The position numbers and the translations under genes are program-made. Shown here in pieces: positions 43,316 through 52,766 of a stretch of DNA of 64,000 nucleotides. Numbering within the stretch: position 1 is the stretch's first letter; every line of letters starts with the position of its first letter. Source of the stretch: an uncultured delta proteobacterium (lineage in GTDB: Bacteria > Desulfobacterota > Desulfobacteria > Desulfobacterales > B30-G6); assembly GCA_963701385.1 (NCBI GenBank), contig CAVOZW010000027.1, positions 132,602 through 196,601 of the forward strand. The letters are read 5' to 3'. The notes beneath the pieces were generated by a model. That model made no database searches and had not been told where the DNA came from. It worked only from the letters and a program-made list of their open reading frames with translations.

Positions 43316-44377
43316 CTACATATGTGGAAACGGCCAGATGCGAAATGCCGCTTTACCGATTCGCCAGCGATGATAGAGCCCTCGCGGCTCGTAAATCAGA
43401 AAAACAATGATGACCCCGCCCAGAAGGATGTTCATTCCGGCGAACCAGATACCGCCGCCGACGCCGGGGAAGTATTCCACGAGCAGGGGTGCCAGATAGG
43501 TGATGATTTCCAACAATGCGCGAATAAAAACCACTCCCATGATGGCGCCCAGGATGTTTCCCAGCCCGCCGACGATGAGCATCCCCATGTACCAGACCGA
43601 GAAATAGAGCGTGAACTGGTCTGCACCCACAAATCTGAGATAATATGCCCACAGACCGCCGGCCACACCGGCATACATGGCACCGATGGCAAAGGCCAGG
43701 GTTTTGTAGAAAAAGAGATTGACCCCCATGATCTCAGCTGCGATGTCGTTGTCGCGTATGGCCACAAATGCCCGCCCGGTGCGTCCGCGGACGATGTTGA
43801 AAGCGAAGAAAATCATGACGACGGCCGTGACCATGATCAGGTAATAAAGGTTCGTGTCACTGTTGAAAGTGATCCCCCATAGTTCTGCCGGCTCAAGGTT
43901 CAGCCCGATTGCGCCGCCGAACCAGTCGTCCGGCATGTGCATGATAATCAGGGGGAATATCACCTGAGCCGCAATGGTTGTCATGGCCAGGTAAAAACCC
44001 TTTATTCTAAGGGCGGGAATGCCGAAAACAGCACCCAATAAGGCTCCGCCCAGTCCGCCGGCGGGTATGGTGATCCAGAACGGCAGGTCGAAATTGACCA
44101 CCAGGGAACCGCACACAAACGCTCCCATGCCCATGAATGCGGACTGGCCCAGGTTGATCAGACCGGCATATCCTGTGGTAATTTGAAGACCCACCACCGC
44201 GATACAGATCATGGTCGCTATGTTGATCATGGCGATAAAACGGACGCTGAGAATATGCGGCAGCAGCATGAGCAATGCCAAAAATAGAATGAAGCATACC
44301 CATTGGGCACGGGTATGTATATAGGCCATATCCCGCTCATAACTTTCAAAGTGAACACCGCATGGAAGTAGCGCCAT
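43316..44377 (-). CDS. Branched-chain-amino-acid-type ABC permease (LivM-like)
   Basis: Polytopic. 'GYAGLINLGQSAFMGMGAF' is a LivM hallmark. Confidence 0.8.
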   Translation of the reverse strand: MALLPCGVHFESYERDMAYIHTRAQWVCFILFLALLMLLPHILSVRFIAMINIATMICIAVVGLQITTGYAGLINLGQSAFMGMGAFVCGSLVVNFDLPFWITIPAGGLGGALLGAVFGIPALRIKGFYLAMTTIAAQVIFPLIIMHMPDDWFGGAIGLNLEPAELWGITFNSDTNLYYLIMVTAVVMIFFAFNIVRGRTGRAFVAIRDNDIAAEIMGVNLFFYKTLAFAIGAMYAGVAGGLWAYYLRFVGADQFTLYFSVWYMGMLIVGGLGNILGAIMGVVFIRALLEIITYLAPLLVEYFPGVGGGIWFAGMNILLGGVIIVFLIYEPRGLYHRWRIGKAAFRIWPFPHM

Positions 44378-44380
44378 CGA

Positions 44381-45277
44381 TCAAACCCTTTCGATAATTT
44401 TCCACCCGAACAGGCCCTGGGGCCGGATGAGTAAAACAATCAGCATGAGAACATAAGGAAATGCCTGGGACATGGCACCTTCGGTATACGGATCCAGATA
44501 TGCGCCCGCCCAGGATTCACCGACCCCGACGATGACGCCGGCCACCACCGCGCCGGATATCGACTCCAGGCCTGCCAGCAGCACAACAGGCAGAGCATGC
44601 AGACCAATGGCGGCTGCCGCAAACGTCAGGGTCTGCCCGTTTAAAAAGACAATGGCCGCAAACGACGAAAGCGCACAGGCAATCACCCAGGCAACTGCGA
44701 TGGATTTCTTGACCGATATCCCCATGGCCTGAGCCACCTGATGTTCTTCGGCAACCGCCGTCAGTTTCAGCCCCCAGCGCGTACGGTTGAACACAAACGT
44801 CAGCCCAGCGACGATTCCAAGAGAAATGATACCGCCCCAGAAAATGGAACTTGTAAAAATCAAGTCCCCGATCCTGACCGGTGCTTCGGGGAATATCTGT
44901 GGGAAAGGCCGTTCAATTCCCCCCCAGCTGACCTGGACAATGCCCTGGATCAGAATCATGAGTCCGATGCTGACCATGATGATGGCCCAGATCGGCTGCC
45001 CAATCAATGGTCGGAAAATAAAACGCTCGATGACCAGCCCCAACACAATGGCAGTGCAGAGAGATAACAGCAAGGCGACCCATAAAGGGAATATTGCCAA
45101 CGAACAGAAGGTCCAGATAACGTAGGCCATGAATATCAGGATTTCCCCCTGGGCCAGGTTGAGGATACGGCCCGAGCGGTAGACGACGATAAATGCGATG
45201 GCGACGATGGCATAAAGCAGTCCCTTGAGAACCCCTTCAAACGTGTACTGGGCCAAATCGATAAAAAAATACTCCAT
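44381..45277 (-). CDS. Branched-chain-amino-acid-type ABC permease (LivH-like)
   Basis: Polytopic. 'YRSGRILNLAQGEILIFMAY' is a LivH hallmark. Confidence 0.8.
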   Translation of the reverse strand: MEYFFIDLAQYTFEGVLKGLLYAIVAIAFIVVYRSGRILNLAQGEILIFMAYVIWTFCSLAIFPLWVALLLSLCTAIVLGLVIERFIFRPLIGQPIWAIIMVSIGLMILIQGIVQVSWGGIERPFPQIFPEAPVRIGDLIFTSSIFWGGIISLGIVAGLTFVFNRTRWGLKLTAVAEEHQVAQAMGISVKKSIAVAWVIACALSSFAAIVFLNGQTLTFAAAAIGLHALPVVLLAGLESISGAVVAGVIVGVGESWAGAYLDPYTEGAMSQAFPYVLMLIVLLIRPQGLFGWKIIERV

Positions 45278-45291
45278 TCATTTTCTCCAAG

Positions 45292-47277
45292 TCAGATAGC
45301 GGTGTTGATGCAGGTCAGCGTTTTGACCACACCGGTGCGCCCGTCGCGGTACTTGACCGGCACTTCGGTTTCAAATGTCTTATTACCGTCGTAAATGGCC
45401 TTGATGAGACTGGCATAGCGTTTTTCCAGCAATCCACGTCTCAATTTCCGCGTCCGGGTCAGTTCGGCTTCATCCGGGTCCAGTTCCTTGGGCAGGTTCA
45501 CGAAGCGCTTGACCTGTGACTGTGGGTCAAGAACCCTGTTGACCCTGTCGACTTCCTTTTGGATCAAGACACATACCGCCGGTTTCTGAGAAAGATCCGG
45601 GAAAGACGTATAGGCGAGACCTTCCCTTTCCGCCCACTGCCCAACAGTCTCTCCATCGATATTGATGAAGGCTGCCACGAAATCCTTGTGCTTGTCTCCC
45701 AAAATCATGGCATCTTTTATATAAGGGCTGAAACGCAAACGTGTTTCGATAAACTGCGGTGGGAACAGGTGCCCGGAAGACAGCTTCTTTAAATCTTTCA
45801 CCCGATCCAGAAAAACGATCTCACCGTTATCCTGCATGTTTATGGCATCACCGGTGATAAACCAGCCATCCTTGAGAGCGGCATCGGTTGCGGCAGTGTC
45901 CTTGTAATAGCCCCCAAAAGGCGTTCCGCCCCTGATCAGCATGCCACCGTCTTCGTCAATTTTCCATTCCAGCGCAGGCCCCAGATCCGGATGTGACCGG
46001 TACCACTGACCCAGGGTGGCCGGATCGAACCGCTGGCCCATGTGCTGGGTGTACAACCCCATTTCCGTACTGCCATAGACATTACGCAGTTTAAGACCCA
46101 GGGCATGAAAAAGATTGAATATCTCCGGTGCGGCAGGTGCGCCCCCGGTGAGTGCAAAATAGGTCTTGCGCAACCCCAGGTTGTCGCGAATGGGCCCCAA
46201 AACCAGCAGATCGGCAACCGGATACAGCAGTCGCCAAAAAATGCCGGCCCGAGTCCCTCCCGTGCGTTCGATGGCCAATTTCATTCCGATATGAACGCCG
46301 GCTTTATAGCACAACCGACGAACGGGACCTGCATCGTTCATTTTGACTTGGACCGTTGAGGCCAGACTCTCCCATTGCCGGGGACCGAACACCAGGCATT
46401 CGGCACCCAGTTCACGGATATTGGCCAAGACTGTCTCCGGCTCTTCGGGAAAATTGTAGACAAAGGGTAACAACAATCCCATGGTCACAAAAAAATGCTC
46501 CGTGATCCAGGCCGGTGAAAGATAAGACAGATACTGGGAAAAAGGCTTAAATTCATTGGCCATGACGACACGATAGGCATTGTCGATCAGAAAATTGTGG
46601 GTCAAAACGACGCCTTTGGGGATGCCGGTCGTTCCGGATGTGTAGCTAAGCATGGCGACATCGTCGGCTTTGCCGCTGTCTACCGTCATTTCAAACAGGT
46701 CTGGATTCAAGGAATGGTATTTGCGGCCCAGTTCAAGGACATCCTCAAACGCCATCAGGATGTCGTCGTGGTATTGCCACATACCACGCACATCCCAGTA
46801 TATGACCTTGCGGATTTCAGGCAGCTGATGTCGAATTTCGAGATATTTGTCCACCTGTTCCTGATCTTCCGCCACCAGAAATACAGCCTCGGAGTGCTTT
46901 AGTATGTAAAGCATCTCCGCCGGCGTCATATCCGGATAAAGACAAACCATTTTAGCCCTGGCAGAAAGCGTAGCGAAATCCGCCCAAAATAGCTCAGGTG
47001 TATTTTCACCAATGATCCCAACCGTCTGCCCCTGCTGAAGCCCAATTCGAATGAGACCCAGGCAGAATGCGCGAACTTTTTCATATACATTGTTCCAAGA
47101 ATAGCCCTGCCAGATGCCCAGATCTTTCTGGCGCATGTACACCTGATCGCCCCATCGTTGTACCCCCCGTCGCAAAATTTTTGGAAGGGTTCCGGCGGAA
47201 ATTTTCGGCATATCGCTGCTTGATTCTTGCACAACGGCTCCTTTGTTCTGTCCCACCCCCGAACGATTCGGAATCAT
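45292..47277 (-). CDS. AMP-dependent acyl-CoA synthetase/ligase (long-chain-fatty-acid-CoA-ligase-like)
   Basis: 'LSYTSGTTGIPKGVVLTH' AMP-binding motif and 'GWFITGD'. ATGA overlap with the LivG-like gene. An alternative ATG lies at 47211. Confidence 0.8.
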   Translation of the reverse strand: MIPNRSGVGQNKGAVVQESSSDMPKISAGTLPKILRRGVQRWGDQVYMRQKDLGIWQGYSWNNVYEKVRAFCLGLIRIGLQQGQTVGIIGENTPELFWADFATLSARAKMVCLYPDMTPAEMLYILKHSEAVFLVAEDQEQVDKYLEIRHQLPEIRKVIYWDVRGMWQYHDDILMAFEDVLELGRKYHSLNPDLFEMTVDSGKADDVAMLSYTSGTTGIPKGVVLTHNFLIDNAYRVVMANEFKPFSQYLSYLSPAWITEHFFVTMGLLLPFVYNFPEEPETVLANIRELGAECLVFGPRQWESLASTVQVKMNDAGPVRRLCYKAGVHIGMKLAIERTGGTRAGIFWRLLYPVADLLVLGPIRDNLGLRKTYFALTGGAPAAPEIFNLFHALGLKLRNVYGSTEMGLYTQHMGQRFDPATLGQWYRSHPDLGPALEWKIDEDGGMLIRGGTPFGGYYKDTAATDAALKDGWFITGDAINMQDNGEIVFLDRVKDLKKLSSGHLFPPQFIETRLRFSPYIKDAMILGDKHKDFVAAFINIDGETVGQWAEREGLAYTSFPDLSQKPAVCVLIQKEVDRVNRVLDPQSQVKRFVNLPKELDPDEAELTRTRKLRRGLLEKRYASLIKAIYDGNKTFETEVPVKYRDGRTGVVKTLTCINTAI

Positions 47278-48026
47278 TCTTCTCCGAGATAAGCGTTGAT
47301 AACTTTAGGGTCGGTACGGATGTTCGCGGGAGGACCTTCCGCAATCATGTTGCCCCATTCGAGCACCGCCACACGGTTGGATATATCCATGACGACTTCC
47401 ATGTCGTGTTCCACCAGGATAACCGGAATTTTGCGGTATTCCTGGATATCGATGATAAAACGGGCCATATCCTCTTTTTCTTCAACATTCATGCCGGCCA
47501 TGGGCTCGTCCATGATGAGAATCTCCGGCTCCAGCGCCAGGGCCCGGCCCAGGTCGACACGTTTGCGGAGACCGTATCCCAGTTCACCGACAATGCCGTC
47601 ACGGATGAATTCCATTTCCAGAAAATCGATGATTTCCTCCACCACCCTGCGGTGGGCGACTTCTTCGCGTCGCACCCAGGGCCAGTGGATAAAAGACTGC
47701 AGAAAATTGGTTTTCATGCGCACGTGCCGGCCGGCCAGGATGTTGTCCAGAACGGTCATGTGGGGAAAAAGCTGGATCCCCTGGAATGTGCGACCGATGC
47801 CCAGACGTGCCCGGTGATGAATCGGCATGTGGGTGATGTCCTGACCGTGAAATTCGATTCGGCCCTCCTGCGGCTTGTAAAAACCGGAGAGACAGTTCAT
47901 CAGGCTTGTTTTTCCAGCACCGTTAGGCCCGATGATAGATAGGATTTCATCCTGCTTAATGTGAAAGGAAACATTATTCAGGACCTGTATGCGCCCGAAG
48001 GATAATTGGATGTTGCCGGCCGCCAT
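47274..48026 (-). CDS. ABC transporter ATP-binding protein, LivG-like
   Basis: 'GPNGAGKTSLMN' and 'LIMDEPMAGMN'. ATG at 48026; the listed start at 48059 is TTG. Confidence 0.85.
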   Translation of the reverse strand: MAAGNIQLSFGRIQVLNNVSFHIKQDEILSIIGPNGAGKTSLMNCLSGFYKPQEGRIEFHGQDITHMPIHHRARLGIGRTFQGIQLFPHMTVLDNILAGRHVRMKTNFLQSFIHWPWVRREEVAHRRVVEEIIDFLEMEFIRDGIVGELGYGLRKRVDLGRALALEPEILIMDEPMAGMNVEEKEDMARFIIDIQEYRKIPVILVEHDMEVVMDISNRVAVLEWGNMIAEGPPANIRTDPKVINAYLGEE

Positions 48027-48203
48027 GGAAATAGACCTATCTTCTGCTGTAGGCTTCAAAAAAGCATCTCCTCTGCATGTGGCTAAGCGAGTTTTTCATG
48101 GTCGCGTCGGAATGACCCCTCGGCGTTGGTGCTGACCTTGTTTTGGGTTATGGTTCCGTTTTTTTAAAAAGGCCTTGTGGAAACACTTCACGAAACCCCT
48201 GCG

Positions 48204-49172
48204 TCATGCAGCATGCAGCAACCCTATCAATCCCAGCACCACGCCTAGCAGCGTAAGCGGGAAATAGCTCGCCCGGTTGAAGAGTGCCATGGCTTGCTCT
48301 CTGTCGCGTGTCAGGAACAGTTTAACGGCCGGAATCAAGAGCAGATAGATGCCGGCGCTAAGGGCTGAAAGGACAGCAATCCATTTCCCTACTGGAAAAT
48401 TCTGCCAAAAAAGAATGACGATCAAAAGAACCGATAAGATCAGTGCCATCAGTGCCAGTAAGGCCGATTTCTGCGTACCCAACTGCACGGGTATGGTTTT
48501 GGCCCTGAATTGACGATCCAGTTCGATATCGGACCAATCGGCCGGGATGTTCTGGCCCCCGATTTCCCAGAAAAAAAGACCCAGGAAAAGGATGACCGTA
48601 TACAACGGGGAAGGATGGGGATCAACAGCGAACAGGGCAGCAACAGGTCCCGAGTTCTTGACGAATCCGCTCACCGCAGACCGCCAGGGACTTACCTGCC
48701 ATAAAAAACAATAGACGATTTCCAGAGCAGACCCCAATAAAAAAATGACCACACACATGGGGTTCAAAATATAGGCGCCCACCAGGGCAACCAGGGACCA
48801 ACCCGTCGCCCACAAGAGACCCTCCCGGTAAGTCAGAAGCCCCTGGGCCAAGGGATGCCTGACCATCAGAGAATCGAGATAGTTCTCGGCTGTAAGAGCG
48901 CTTTTATGCCCTTTTGCCATGTCGGTTCGAAAATCGACGATGTCGTTGAGTGCATACACGGCGGTATAGCCCGCAAAGGCCGTCAGCAGGCCAATCACCA
49001 CCACATGCAGGGGGGGAAACCCGCCGAGGTAGAGCAGTACGCTGAATGCCGGTGCTGCCATGTCCAGCAGACCGTGGGGAGTGCGCGAAAGGGCAAGCAA
49101 GCGTTTGAACTGCACCAGCCGGCCCTGCGTTTTGAATGTTGAATTTTCATTGGTAGGCATGAATTTTATCAT
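48204..49172 (-). CDS. UbiA-superfamily prenyltransferase (subfamily unresolved)
   Basis: First Asp-rich motif 'NDIVDFRTD', second 'DWSDIELD', about 8-9 TM segments. A ~25-aa polar insert ('MAKGHKSALTAENYLDSLMVRHPLAQG') follows motif 1. Confidence 0.75.
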   Translation of the reverse strand: MIKFMPTNENSTFKTQGRLVQFKRLLALSRTPHGLLDMAAPAFSVLLYLGGFPPLHVVVIGLLTAFAGYTAVYALNDIVDFRTDMAKGHKSALTAENYLDSLMVRHPLAQGLLTYREGLLWATGWSLVALVGAYILNPMCVVIFLLGSALEIVYCFLWQVSPWRSAVSGFVKNSGPVAALFAVDPHPSPLYTVILFLGLFFWEIGGQNIPADWSDIELDRQFRAKTIPVQLGTQKSALLALMALILSVLLIVILFWQNFPVGKWIAVLSALSAGIYLLLIPAVKLFLTRDREQAMALFNRASYFPLTLLGVVLGLIGLLHAA

Positions 49173-49243
49173 TACCTCAGATTAAACCATAGAGCAAGTA
49201 ATTGATCGCTGCGAACCACATCGGCATGTGCCTGGCACCTGTC

Positions 49244-49471
49244 TTACCTGAAACCTAAACCTAACTCGAAAATTTCACGCCCCTGACTTGTCTCGGCGTA
49301 GCTCATAGAGCGAAGACGGACCTGTCTCGGCGTAGTTCGCAGAACGAAGACGGACCTGTCTCGGCGTAGTTCGCAGAACGAAGACGGAAGGCTGAAACGA
49401 GACGCGTTAAACAGCTCGTTAGTGCCCATCCACAAATGGTCTTTTTCCGCGATATCGGCGTTGGACGCCAT
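49244..49471 (-). CDS. Doubtful small ORF whose C-terminal half is encoded by the tandem repeat
   Basis: GAGGA RBS 9 nt upstream of the ATG. However, residues 'RDRSVFVLRTTPRQVRLRSMSYAETSQG' come from the 34-nt repeats. Confidence 0.2.
   Translation of the reverse strand: MASNADIAEKDHLWMGTNELFNASRFSLPSSFCELRRDRSVFVLRTTPRQVRLRSMSYAETSQGREIFELGLGFR
49285..49386. repeat. Tandem repeat, 3 x 34 nt (GACCTGTCTCGGCGTAGTTCGCAGAACGAAGACG)
   Basis: Units 2 and 3 are identical. Unit 1 differs at 5 of 34 positions by manual count. Confidence 0.9.
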
Positions 49472-49674
49472 GATTTAATTCCTCAAAATAATCTTTTGAT
49501 ATATAAGGATAAATGAAATATTTCTGCTCAAGTTTCATGAAATGTTCGGGCTAAAACCGATATATCTTGCAAGCACTAGTTTTTCTTTGACACACACTTC
49601 CTATTGGGTCATATTGGTCGAACCATGCACCCTAAAATGCCGGACAATAACACCCGTATACCAAGGAGGTCATC

Positions 49675-49920
49675 GTGAAAAACGGTACTTGCCCCAAATG
49701 TGGCTCCGAATCAATCTACTGTGGCGATAAGATTCCTTTGAAAAATGGTCCATTCGGTAGCAACTCCATTCCGGTCAACATTATTACCATCGCAGCTCTG
49801 GACAACTACGTATGCACCGACTGCGGCTATCTTGAAAGCTACATTGCTGAAAAAGACAAACTCAAAGACATTGGTGAGAGCTGGCGGAGCCTGCAGGCAA
49901 CAGAACCTGTCGGGAAATAA
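49675..49920 (+). CDS. Small zinc-ribbon protein
   Basis: GTG start with GGAGG upstream. 'CPKCGS' and 'CTDCGY' form the cysteine pairs. Confidence 0.55.
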   Translation: MKNGTCPKCGSESIYCGDKIPLKNGPFGSNSIPVNIITIAALDNYVCTDCGYLESYIAEKDKLKDIGESWRSLQATEPVGK

Positions 49921-50256
49921 GAATCGCGCTTTATACCCGTTGTCAAAAATATGTTTCGCTGGCCCTTCTAAAAAAAACGCCGGCAGGTGACGGCAAACAA
50001 ACGCTCGCCTGTTTGAAGCGCCTTAGCGATCGTTGAAAACGCCCGATGTTGGAATTGGGTTGCTAGCAACAGACGCTGGTAGCTTGCCTAAACCTATTTT
50101 AAATGTTTGGCATGAGTGTGCCTTACGAACGCTTGGTCGCAAGTTCGAGTGCTTGGTTGACGTTATTTTCCGGAGCGGTTATGGAACATTATCCTGACAA
50201 CACCGATAACACCCATCGAAACGTTATGATGACAATCACTATAAAAGGCTGATGAT

Positions 50257-51969
50257 ATGACGTTTGTAGATAGAATTCGACGCATGCGCGGCATTCGAAG
50301 ACTGGGACATATCTCCCGCATCATGGTGAAGCATGGGTTCGGTGATTTCATAGACCGGCTGTTCAGGCAGGGATCAAACGGCATGAAAGCCGATGACAGC
50401 ACCGCGTATCCTCTAAAATCAGGATTTCCATCGCCTGTCAGAATTCGAAGGGTACTCGAAGAACTGGGCCCCAGTTTTGTCAAACTGGGTCAGTTGATGA
50501 GCACCCGGGCAGATATTTTTCCACCCGAATACATTCAGGAATTCATCAAACTCCAGGATAGTGTACCACCGGTACCCTTTGAAGAAATTCGAGCAGTGAT
50601 CGAAGGGGACTTCGAACAGGATCTGGATGACATTTTTGAGTCTTTCAACCCTGAATCCATGGCAGCGGCTTCTGTGGCGCAGGTCCATATGGCAAAATTG
50701 CATACGGGCGAGAAAGTAGCCGTGAAAATTATTCGGCCCGGAATCGGGAAAAAAATCAGGCAAGACATCGAACTCATGCGCATGCTGGCCGAAAAACTGG
50801 AGCACCGATTCGATGTTGGTCGAAAAATAGGATTTATCAATCTAACGCGCGAATTTGAACGAACGATTTTCAAAGAACTCGACATGCTGACCGAAGCAGG
50901 TCACATGGAACGCTTCTCCAGCTATTTCCGGGAAAGCCATGAATTGGTTATCCCCAAGGTCCATTGGGCGTATACATCCAAGTCGGTTCTGGTCATGGAG
51001 CATATCGACGGTATCAAAATGGATCAGGTTGAAGCCATGCAGGCGCATGGTATCGATCCCAGGGAAATAGCCATGGTCGGGCTGCGAAGCTTCTCCAGAC
51101 AGCTGATGGAATTTGGGCTTTTTCATGCAGACCCCCACCCCGGGAACACCATTGTGTTGTATGACGGCCGAGTGGCTCTGGTGGATTTTGGGATCACGGG
51201 GTATCTGGACGAAGCGTCCATGATGCAAATTGCCAATATCTTCCTTGGATATGCCGAGCACGATTACGACATGATCGTTGAAGCATTTGCAGACGCCGGA
51301 CTCATCGATCCGGATCGTATGGACATGGATGCATTTCGTATTGATCTCAAAGACATCAGCGAACCCTTTTATGGAAGATCGTTGAAGACCATCTCTGCCA
51401 GAGATGTGTACGATCAAGTGATGCAGGTCGTGTTGAAACATCAGATCCGCCTGCCCAGGAACTACCTGCTGCTGCTGAAAACCTTCATCCAGACCGAAGC
51501 CCTCGGAAAAATCCTCGACAGTGACGCCAATCTGTTGGAGGTCACCAGACCCTATGCCAAAGCACTCCTGGAACGTGGGTACGATGCACAGAAAATACTC
51601 AGTAATATAGGGCGGGATGCACGATATTTCAGCAGTACCATGCGCCTGGTGCCGAAATTCCTGCATGATATTCTGAAAATGACAGCCCTGGGCAAGCACC
51701 GCTTCGAAATACGACACACCGGCATACAGGGAATGGATGAAAAATTTGAAAAAGGCCTCAACCGGCTTGTTCTGGGTATCGTGATATCCGCTTCTTTGAT
51801 CGCCGCGGCACTGGTGCTCAACGCCGCCCAGGGCCTGATGGAATTCAACATAACCCTGTTGGGTCACACCCTCTCTATGACAACCTTGCTCGGCCTCATG
51901 GGCTATTGTCTGGCCACCTTTCTGGGTCTGTGGCTGGTGTTATCGATATTCCGCTCTGGAAAGCTTTGA
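50257..51969 (+). CDS. ubiB: UbiB/ABC1-family atypical kinase (ubiquinone biosynthesis)
   Basis: 'LEELGPSFVKLGQLMSTRADIFPPEYIQEFIKLQDSVPP', 'AAASVAQVH', 'HADPHPGN', 'VALVDFG', plus two C-terminal TM helices. Confidence 0.88.
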   Translation: MTFVDRIRRMRGIRRLGHISRIMVKHGFGDFIDRLFRQGSNGMKADDSTAYPLKSGFPSPVRIRRVLEELGPSFVKLGQLMSTRADIFPPEYIQEFIKLQDSVPPVPFEEIRAVIEGDFEQDLDDIFESFNPESMAAASVAQVHMAKLHTGEKVAVKIIRPGIGKKIRQDIELMRMLAEKLEHRFDVGRKIGFINLTREFERTIFKELDMLTEAGHMERFSSYFRESHELVIPKVHWAYTSKSVLVMEHIDGIKMDQVEAMQAHGIDPREIAMVGLRSFSRQLMEFGLFHADPHPGNTIVLYDGRVALVDFGITGYLDEASMMQIANIFLGYAEHDYDMIVEAFADAGLIDPDRMDMDAFRIDLKDISEPFYGRSLKTISARDVYDQVMQVVLKHQIRLPRNYLLLLKTFIQTEALGKILDSDANLLEVTRPYAKALLERGYDAQKILSNIGRDARYFSSTMRLVPKFLHDILKMTALGKHRFEIRHTGIQGMDEKFEKGLNRLVLGIVISASLIAAALVLNAAQGLMEFNITLLGHTLSMTTLLGLMGYCLATFLGLWLVLSIFRSGKL

Positions 51970-52133
51970 GCCCTGAGCGGTCAGCGCTAAGCGCTCGTCC
52001 GTTCCCGAGCGCAAGACTTATCGCTTATGGCGTGGAAACCAAAGCTGCCGTTTGATATTTACAAACAGGAAGAATGCCCTATGTTAAAGATGTTATTGAA
52101 TAAAATCACCAATCAATAGACAGGAAGACGCTC

Positions 52134-52754
52134 ATGAAAAAATACAGCACCGTCTGGGTAACCGTCATCATCCTGGCAATTTCCGGAACAAGTATTGCGC
52201 AAACAGCCCAACAGTTGGGCCCATTTATCCTGGGCCATGATATCGCCGAATTTGCCGATTTTGTCCTAATGGATACGTCTCTTCCCATACGACACATGGA
52301 AAGTATTCGGGAGGTGGAAACAAAGCCCATAAAAGGGTTCAAAACCGGTCTCATCGCATACTGTACCTGTAGCGCGCCAAACCGCGTTGTTCGAATAAAG
52401 TTCAAATACAGCGACAACAGCAAGTCTTTTTACGACAATCTGAAAAAGCGAATCGAAAAACGATTCGGAAAAAGCGACGAATATCGTGGAGACCCCTTTC
52501 ACATCGTCATCGGGTGGAAGTGGTCATTTGTGGACAAGGACAACAATTTAATCAGCCTGATCCTGCAACACAATATCAAGGATGAGGAAGAAAAAATGGG
52601 CAATTCCATCAAGCTCACCATGACCAATCTGCTAGAGGCGGACTGGGAATGCTACGAAAAAAAGAAACAGATGGAAAAAGCCAGCGGCAAGGGGTCCGAA
52701 GCCCAGGAGCTTGAACTCGAACAGACCGGATGGGATCTTTTTGTGCCCAGATAA
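52134..52754 (+). CDS. Secreted hypothetical protein
   Basis: Signal peptide 'VWVTVIILAISGTSIAQTA'. No recognisable domain. Confidence 0.5.
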   Translation: MKKYSTVWVTVIILAISGTSIAQTAQQLGPFILGHDIAEFADFVLMDTSLPIRHMESIREVETKPIKGFKTGLIAYCTCSAPNRVVRIKFKYSDNSKSFYDNLKKRIEKRFGKSDEYRGDPFHIVIGWKWSFVDKDNNLISLILQHNIKDEEEKMGNSIKLTMTNLLEADWECYEKKKQMEKASGKGSEAQELELEQTGWDLFVPR

Positions 52755-52766
52755 ACCGGCAAATCA

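Noticed and set aside
49285-49386. Possible CRISPR array.
   Set aside because: The three 34-nt units are directly adjacent with no spacers, and no cas genes are present. It is a plain tandem repeat.
50119-50142. A bulged hairpin CGAAC-G-CTTG-GTCG-CAAG-TTCG and a 12-nt perfect palindrome GTTGCTAGCAAC in the ubiB upstream region. These could be a riboswitch or operator.
   Set aside because: I recognised no known riboswitch consensus, and short palindromes of this size occur by chance. Left as unverified.
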